Below are positions 55,850-61,726 of a stretch of DNA of 61,726 nt, in pieces (position 1 is the first letter of the stretch; each line of letters begins with the position of its first letter). Position numbers and translations under genes: made by a program. The DNA comes from a virus. The notes under the pieces were generated by a model, which was not told where the DNA came from, did no database searches, and saw only the letters and a list, made by a program, of their open reading frames with translations. Location: the UHGV virus genome UHGV-0342951. One strand, given 5' to 3'.

Positions 55850-57047
55850 GACCAATCTTGTTCCTGTCGTCGTCAATAACCAGCCCCCTGTGCTCGCCGA
55901 CGGGCAGTTCTCTGGTGTCGTTGACACCCTGATGGACAACGCTTTCTCCGGCTTCGGCGCCGGGCTGCGTATCCTCAAGCCGGGGAAGATGAGCTTCAAG
56001 CTCATCGAGAATCGTCAGGAAGTCGACATCCCCAACGGTCAGGTCTTTGGCGTCCTTCTGGGTGTGGCGCCTTGCAACTACGCTTCGTGGTATGCCAGAC
56101 AGTATGCGCCCGGGCAGGAACCGTCTCGCCCTGACCTCGTGTGGATGATGCCTACGGCTGACACGTTCCCCGACGCGCTCCCTGCCGAATACCACCAGAA
56201 GGTGAGCGTCAACGGTCAGGAGCGCTGGGGTTTCCGTATCGCCAGACGTACCGTGTGGGCCCTGATGACCAACCAGAACGGGCAGTTCTACCTCGACCTT
56301 GAACGCCCCGTCGTCCTGGACATCACCAGCACCAGCCTCTACGGAAACTCTGACCCCCGCAGCAACAGCTACCGCTGGGGCGGCATCAAGGGCTTCTGCG
56401 ACCGCCACAGCCAGCCCGGTGTTTTCCGCTGCAACCCGGCCATGTTCGTGACCCAGATTATCCTTGACCCGCAGAGCCCCGTCTCCGGCGTCATGCTGTT
56501 CCGTCCCAACCTTGACCAGAACGGCAATCCGTCCTACCTTGACAGCCAGACTTACACGGCTGTCATCCAGACGGCCAGTACCGAGCGTATCGCGGAGATG
56601 CTTCGGGTCAATGAAATCCTGACCTACTCCCCCAATGGTGCCGGGGTTATCCAGCCTGTCCCTGCGGCGGTCAATATCGCCAACGGTGTGCAGCCCATGC
56701 CCCAGCCCATGGCCCAGCCGGTGCAGCAGCCCATGGCCCAGCCTGCGCCTCAGCCGGTACAGCAGCCCGTGGCCCAGCCTGCGCCTCAGCCGGTGCAGCA
56801 GCCCGTGGCCCAGCCGGTGCAGCAGCCTATGGCCCAGCCTGCGCCTCAGCCGGTGCAGCCGGTGCAGCAGCCTGCCCCTGCTGGTATGAATGATATGCTG
56901 TCCCGCGCTGCGGCTGTGCTGGATGGTGCCCCTGCTCCGGCCCCTGCTCCGGCCCCTGCTCCGGCTCCGGCCCCGGCTCAGACCAATGTGAGCAAGGAAG
57001 CGTCTGATGCCCTCAGCGGAATTTTGGCGGATGTTGCTGGTTACTAG
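55842..57047 (+). CDS. Hypothetical protein (about 401 aa; start at MSETNLV) with a C-terminal (QPVQQPVAQPAP)n and (PA)n tail; possible ssDNA-binding or recombination role
   Basis: GGAGAAG RBS. Position between the helicase and primase genes. No motif. Confidence 0.55.
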   Translation: MSETNLVPVVVNNQPPVLADGQFSGVVDTLMDNAFSGFGAGLRILKPGKMSFKLIENRQEVDIPNGQVFGVLLGVAPCNYASWYARQYAPGQEPSRPDLVWMMPTADTFPDALPAEYHQKVSVNGQERWGFRIARRTVWALMTNQNGQFYLDLERPVVLDITSTSLYGNSDPRSNSYRWGGIKGFCDRHSQPGVFRCNPAMFVTQIILDPQSPVSGVMLFRPNLDQNGNPSYLDSQTYTAVIQTASTERIAEMLRVNEILTYSPNGAGVIQPVPAAVNIANGVQPMPQPMAQPVQQPMAQPAPQPVQQPVAQPAPQPVQQPVAQPVQQPMAQPAPQPVQPVQQPAPAGMNDMLSRAAAVLDGAPAPAPAPAPAPAPAPAQTNVSKEASDALSGILADVAGY

Positions 57048-57267
57048 TTGACAAACAACTCGTAGGCGGCTATACAGGTTCCATGAGGTGGTCAAACCGC
57101 CACCTCATGGAGCCTCAACCTGAGCAAGAAGGTTTTCACGGAGGCGGGAATCGAGGGAAGTCTGGATTTATGAGGGCTTGAAGCACCCTCGTGTCCGCCC
57201 AGACTGAATGGTGGTTCTACTGAGATTCCCTCCTCCCTGAAAACCTTCTTTTCATAGGACACAGCGT

Positions 57268-60200
57268 ATGCTTCAGCAAACGAGACGTTTTCTTTCCAGT
57301 CTGCTCCCCCCGCTTCCCCCTCGCGAAGACTCTTTCAGTTTCCCCACCTATTTTTCTTTGGGTATCAAAGACGGTTCCCGTCGGCAGAGCCCTTGTCCTG
57401 GCATCGACGACATAATCTCCGAAGGATTTTCTCTGTCGGCACAGGGTTACAACGCCTACTTCGCCCTCGCTTCTTTTGCTGATGGTGCAGCAGGGCGCAG
57501 GCAGGTGAATGCTCGTACCCTCAAAGCCTTCTGGGTTGACCTCGATGTCGGCAAGCAAGGCATCTCCTACCCGACCATCCAGTTCGCAGCTTTTTGCTTG
57601 AACCGTTTCGTGCGCGAGACGGGTCTCAATCCTTCGTGGATTATCCATTCCGGTAAGGGCCTGCACGTCTATTGGGCCCTGTCCGAGCCTGTGCCTGTCG
57701 CCTGGTGGCGCCGTGTCGCTCTCATGTTGGAAAAGGAATGTGCCGCTTTCGACCTCTGGGCAGACCCGGCTTGCACCAAAGACCCGGCTCGTGTGTTGCG
57801 TCTTCCAGGCACCATACATCAAGGTACCGGCAATACTGTATCCGTGGTTCGGGAGACCGGCTGGGTATGGGAGCCGCACAAGTTCGTAGAAGTCATGCTG
57901 ACTTCGATGGCGGAGAAACATCCCGATGCCATCATCAAGCTCAAGGCGGAGCTCAAGCCTACGGTTCCTCAGAACATCGCGCAGATGCCGCAGCCTGTGG
58001 CATTGACCGGCAATGCTCTGTTCTCCGACGGCATGGGGTTCTCATCTTCTGCTCCAGTGGCGAAGTCCGAACCCATAGTGCGTGGCTGCCGTCAGATGCT
58101 CTTTTCCGGTAAGGGGCAAGAGCCGCACTGGTATGCCGCCATGTCCGTGTTCAAGCGCTGTGTGGACGGCAGGGAGTGGGCCCATGCTGTGTCGGCTTTG
58201 GATAAGGAACGCTACAATCCTGCCGACTGTGACGCAAAGTTCGACCATGCCCCTGATGATGCTCCCGCCCGGTGCGACCGTTTCGACAGCTTGAATCCCG
58301 GGGTATGTCCCACATGTCCGCACTGGGGCAAAATCACATCCCCTGTGCAGTTGTGGCGGAAGTCGCAGAATGCCGGTGAAACGTTCGTGCAGCAGCCTGT
58401 GGCCCAGCCTGCGCCTCAGCCGGTGCAGACCATGCCGCAGCCTGCGGCCCAGCCGGTGCAACGCCTCATCATCCCGGAAGTCTTCGACCACCCGCGCATC
58501 GGGTTCCGCAGCAAGCGCTACAGCGTGGATGACAGAGGATGCATCTGGCACAAGTCAGAGAAACAGGATGACGGTTCGTGGGTGACGACAGACCATATCC
58601 TCACCACATCCCAAGTCTATTACATCAAGTCGGAATGGACGTACACGAATGGTGTTTCCGAGCGTTCGCACTGGTTTGAAGTGCGCCACAAGCATGGGGC
58701 TGTCGAACTGATGCGCCTGCCTGCTTCCACGCTGGCGAGCAATCAGAGCCTTATGGCCGCGCTCAATTCTTCCAACATCCTTTCGTGTAACCTTGACATG
58801 TACACCCCTAAAATATTTGCAAGTTTTATGAACAGCTACCTTCGCAGTGTTTTGGAAAACGGGTACAGTACAGAGATTCAGACGCGGGATGTGTTCGGGT
58901 GGACGGATATTACCGACCCCGTGACGAACCAGCCCACGTTGGGTTTTGGCGTGGGCCATGGTGTCATCACAGATACCGGCATCCACGACATGGTATATAA
59001 AGGCTCGGCTGAAAAGCTGGCGAAGAAGGAACTGTCCATCAAGGGCGACCTCGACAAATGGAAGTATGTCCCGCAGATGTACCGCGTCCTCAACCAGCCT
59101 GCTGCCCAGCTCGCCATGTGTCTGTCCTTCGCGGCTCCGCTCATGCACTATGGCCCGGGCGTCGTGCGTTCCGCTGCCTACTCTTTGTGGAGCACCACAT
59201 CCGGCAAGGGCAAGTCGCAGGTGTTGTGCTCTGCTGCATCCATCTGGGGGCATCCTGAAGAGCAGTTCGTGCAGCGCAATTCCTCTGCCGTCATGCGGAT
59301 GCGGAAAATGGCCGTGCTGAACAATCTGCCCGTCTACATGGACGAACTTTCGGACATGAAAGACGAAGACCTCTATGCCCTCGCCTACAGCCTCATGGGC
59401 AATCAGGAGAAGCAGAAGCTCAAGAGTAATGGCGCTGAGATGGTCGACACCGGTTCGTGGTCTACGGTCACGTTCATCACGTCGAACAAGTGCATCAAGG
59501 AAGCCGTTGCCCGCCATGCTGGGGATTCGGAGGCCAGTATCGTGCGCGTGATGGAGTACGAGTGCGACTTCCCCTCGTATGCCGACAAGCCGGAAGTGCA
59601 GGAATATATCCATGCGTGCATGGACGCCTGCAAGACGAACTACGGCCTCGCCGGGCCCGAATTCATCTATCAGGTCTTGAAGCACAGAGACCGGCTGGCG
59701 ACGCTCACGCAGCAGGTAGAGACGTGGTGCCGTAAATACGGCTTCGACAACTCGGAACGCTTCCTGAGCTATCCCTTGGCGATGGCGATGAAGGCCGGGC
59801 GCTGGGCTGTGGAGTATGGTCTGTTGGACTATGACATGGATGCGCTGGAGAACTGGGTCATCAATGTCTTCGTACCGCATAACCGTCGTAGCACCGAAGC
59901 GAATACGTCTGACCCCGTGCATATGCTGACGACGTACCTCATGGAGCGCCAGCTCAATATGCTGGTGGTCAGGGCCAACCATCGTGACAAGACCATGCCT
60001 GAGCAGCCGCATGGGGTACCGGACAAGTACATCGTGAGTCTGCCAAACAATAGGGACATCACTATGCGGGCCGTGCTGGCGACGCAGGAATTGTACATCT
60101 CGCGTTCCGACCTGCACAAATGGCTCAAGGCCCGGAAGCATTCGCCTTCCAATCTCTGGAAGCGTCTCGAAGACAGAGGCATCACAGCCAAAGATACGAC

Positions 60201-60345
60201 CAAGAATTTTGGCGAGAACATCGGCTGGATGCAGCTCCCCAACACACGCTGCTACAGGCTTGACGCCACGAGCGTGAAGCGGCTCGGCTTCGACATCAAG
60301 GATGCCCCGGCCCTTGAGGCCACGGCCAATGTGAAAGTCCTGTAA
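57268..60345 (+). CDS. Primase-helicase: N-terminal AEP/PrimPol-type primase fused to a D5-like SF3 helicase
   Basis: AEP motifs FWVDLDV (hhhDhD), SGKGLHVYWAL (sGxGxHxYw) and DPARVLRLPGTIHQGTGN (R.hRhPG..N). Walker A WSTTSGKGKSQVL and Walker B LPVYMDELSD. 1025 aa. Confidence 0.8.
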   Translation: MLQQTRRFLSSLLPPLPPREDSFSFPTYFSLGIKDGSRRQSPCPGIDDIISEGFSLSAQGYNAYFALASFADGAAGRRQVNARTLKAFWVDLDVGKQGISYPTIQFAAFCLNRFVRETGLNPSWIIHSGKGLHVYWALSEPVPVAWWRRVALMLEKECAAFDLWADPACTKDPARVLRLPGTIHQGTGNTVSVVRETGWVWEPHKFVEVMLTSMAEKHPDAIIKLKAELKPTVPQNIAQMPQPVALTGNALFSDGMGFSSSAPVAKSEPIVRGCRQMLFSGKGQEPHWYAAMSVFKRCVDGREWAHAVSALDKERYNPADCDAKFDHAPDDAPARCDRFDSLNPGVCPTCPHWGKITSPVQLWRKSQNAGETFVQQPVAQPAPQPVQTMPQPAAQPVQRLIIPEVFDHPRIGFRSKRYSVDDRGCIWHKSEKQDDGSWVTTDHILTTSQVYYIKSEWTYTNGVSERSHWFEVRHKHGAVELMRLPASTLASNQSLMAALNSSNILSCNLDMYTPKIFASFMNSYLRSVLENGYSTEIQTRDVFGWTDITDPVTNQPTLGFGVGHGVITDTGIHDMVYKGSAEKLAKKELSIKGDLDKWKYVPQMYRVLNQPAAQLAMCLSFAAPLMHYGPGVVRSAAYSLWSTTSGKGKSQVLCSAASIWGHPEEQFVQRNSSAVMRMRKMAVLNNLPVYMDELSDMKDEDLYALAYSLMGNQEKQKLKSNGAEMVDTGSWSTVTFITSNKCIKEAVARHAGDSEASIVRVMEYECDFPSYADKPEVQEYIHACMDACKTNYGLAGPEFIYQVLKHRDRLATLTQQVETWCRKYGFDNSERFLSYPLAMAMKAGRWAVEYGLLDYDMDALENWVINVFVPHNRRSTEANTSDPVHMLTTYLMERQLNMLVVRANHRDKTMPEQPHGVPDKYIVSLPNNRDITMRAVLATQELYISRSDLHKWLKARKHSPSNLWKRLEDRGITAKDTTKNFGENIGWMQLPNTRCYRLDATSVKRLGFDIKDAPALEATANVKVL

Positions 60346-60365
60346 GTACCAAGGAGAACAGCACC

Positions 60366-60977
60366 ATGTTTTTCAGCAACGTCCGTAACGACATGACCGA
60401 GTTGAAGATTTTCCATCACAACGAATTTGGCAGCGTAGCTGTCGTGCTGGACAGGGCGTTTTACCCCTGGTTCTTTGTCGATGACATCTGGCGCATAGCC
60501 ACAGCTTGCCGAGCCGACCGTGTGCATTATACCCACAGCCGCACGATAGCGAATGCAGAGGACGTGAATCTGTTCTGGGGATTCTTCGCCGGAAGGTGTG
60601 AGAGCGCGAAGCGCTGTTTCCGTATTGCACCGTTCGAAGATATGCTGCACGCCATGTATGGCTGTGTCGAATATTACAGTGACCGGGCCAAAAACTGGAT
60701 ATATGATGTCCTTGAACGTGTCGGGATAGAACACCATGAATACTGGAACGCGACATACTACAGGGTCGAGGACTACCCTTTGTGGCCCGTACCTGTCGAA
60801 GACTACAACGCGCTCCACGATAAGGTGAAAGAGTTCGTCCTCAGAGGGGCGAACCTGTACCGAGGGCCACGCTTTATCTACGACAGTGAAAAGAGCTTCA
60901 AGGTTCCGAAGTTCAAGTTCTGCCGCACGGTACTCGCTGAGTACGCATCCGGGATGAACATCACACAGAAGGCATAG
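60366..60977 (+). CDS. Hypothetical protein (203 aa), possibly Bro-N/antirepressor-like at the N-terminus
   Basis: FHHNEFGSVAVVLDRAFYPWFFVDDIWRIA loosely fits the Bro-N pattern. Last gene of the plus operon. Confidence 0.4.
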   Translation: MFFSNVRNDMTELKIFHHNEFGSVAVVLDRAFYPWFFVDDIWRIATACRADRVHYTHSRTIANAEDVNLFWGFFAGRCESAKRCFRIAPFEDMLHAMYGCVEYYSDRAKNWIYDVLERVGIEHHEYWNATYYRVEDYPLWPVPVEDYNALHDKVKEFVLRGANLYRGPRFIYDSEKSFKVPKFKFCRTVLAEYASGMNITQKA

Positions 60978-60990
60978 ATAGAAACAAGAA

Positions 60991-61044
60991 GCCCCCTCAT
61001 GTCGACCAATGCGGGCGGAGTGTCGACATGAGGGGGCTTTTTTT
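60991..61044. terminator. Strong bidirectional rho-independent terminator between the convergent operons
   Basis: GCCCCCTCATGTCGAC-caatgcgggcggagt-GTCGACATGAGGGGGC followed by TTTTTTT. Confidence 0.8.
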
Positions 61045-61095
61045 GTATCCGGCATCCTGGGGGAACGGGAGGTAAAACCAGGACGACGGAAATGT

Positions 61096-61698
61096 TTATT
61101 CGGCGATGTTAATGGTGATGGGAATACTGCTCACAGCCGTACCATTGCAGTTCGTGGCGCACACGCTCATGGAGAACTGTCCCGATACGTTCGGTGTGCC
61201 GGACAGTGTGACCGTGTTGGCTTTGGTCTCGACCTTCATCCAGGCAGGGGCACCGTTCGCCCCCAGGGTCATAGGCATCGAACCCTGGAACGCCACATGA
61301 CCCGTCCACGGCTGGCCCTTCGTACAATCCGGGAGCGCATAACCCCCGACTTCCACAGGTTCGCATTCACACGGACCTTCACAGCAGGTGTAATTGCACA
61401 CAAGGTCTTTGATGGCGGCGATGATAGTAGGAGAAACCGTGCGGATACAGGCGCCGTATGTGAACATCTGGGGCTTGGTGCCTCCGATACCGCGTTCCAG
61501 CAACAGGGTGCCGTGGTCATTCCGCACCTTCACGGTCTCCATGTCGGTGTCGCCGACGATGGACAGGTAGGTGTAATCGTCTTCACCACTGAGCAGGTCG
61601 AGAAGGTCAGCCTTAGCCTTCTCGACAATAGGCAGGTCGAGGTCGCTGGCTTCGAGCTTGCGTGTCAGGAAGGTGGTGAAATACTTGTTCTTGAACAT
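61096..61698 (-). CDS. Hypothetical Cys-rich protein (200 aa), convergent to the replication operon
   Basis: ORF in the track that terminates just before the bidirectional terminator. Confidence 0.5.
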   Translation of the reverse strand: MFKNKYFTTFLTRKLEASDLDLPIVEKAKADLLDLLSGEDDYTYLSIVGDTDMETVKVRNDHGTLLLERGIGGTKPQMFTYGACIRTVSPTIIAAIKDLVCNYTCCEGPCECEPVEVGGYALPDCTKGQPWTGHVAFQGSMPMTLGANGAPAWMKVETKANTVTLSGTPNVSGQFSMSVCATNCNGTAVSSIPITINIAE

Positions 61699-61726
61699 GC
61701 GGAAGTTCCCCTGCTTAGATGTTAGC

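Noticed and set aside
47190-60141. Minus-strand ORFs 47190..48485, 49289..50521, 50711..51346, 53796..55019, 55824..57095 and 58555..60141
   Set aside because: They are antisense to the vWA, PolA, helicase and primase genes, which carry clear catalytic motifs.
1-61726. Search for tRNA genes, an integrase, a CI-like repressor and att sites
   Set aside because: No cloverleaf-compatible sequence and no tyrosine or serine recombinase or repressor-like ORF could be recognised by eye. These may lie outside the window, or the phage may be strictly lytic.

Overview
This window reads as a high-GC (about 58-62%) tailed-phage or prophage genome segment with a clear modular layout. The minus strand from 1 to about 33.4 kb carries the late genes: a collagen-like tail fibre cut by the window edge, two very large virion proteins (1113 and 1221 aa), and about 14 tail/virion proteins. 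These are followed by capsid and scaffold candidates, a portal candidate, an IscB (OMEGA) RuvC-HNH nuclease inserted between the portal and terminase genes, TerL and a TerS candidate. Then come three tail-fibre genes, a holin, an M15-peptidase endolysin and a lipoprotein. A lower-GC accessory island spans 33.4-39.8 kb. It holds an inverted tail-collar fibre cassette with its own promoter and terminator, a run of small acidic paralogous ORFs, a dUTPase and a DnaQ-like exonuclease. The plus strand from 40.4 to 61.0 kb is the early/replication module. It encodes a MoxR-like AAA+ ATPase with a vWA partner, a family A DNA polymerase, a Cas4-like PD-(D/E)xK nuclease, a VRR-NUC nuclease, an SNF2 helicase, an AlpA-like HTH protein and an AEP-primase/SF3-helicase. 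It ends at a strong bidirectional terminator. The most unusual signal is a family of 35-nt sequences resembling type I-C CRISPR repeats, present as solitary or tandem units with no cas genes. They sit upstream of the dUTPase and inside an 87-bp composite element found twice in inverted orientation. I read them as candidate repeat mimics (RNA anti-CRISPR) or a degenerate mini-array. Also notable are an origin-like 1.1 kb non-coding block with iterons, inverted repeats and a (TA)n tract; an in-frame hexanucleotide microsatellite at the first early gene; and a 12-nt coding repeat spread over several unrelated genes. No tRNA, integrase or repressor was recognised. Many long ORFs in the track are antisense artefacts of the high GC content.
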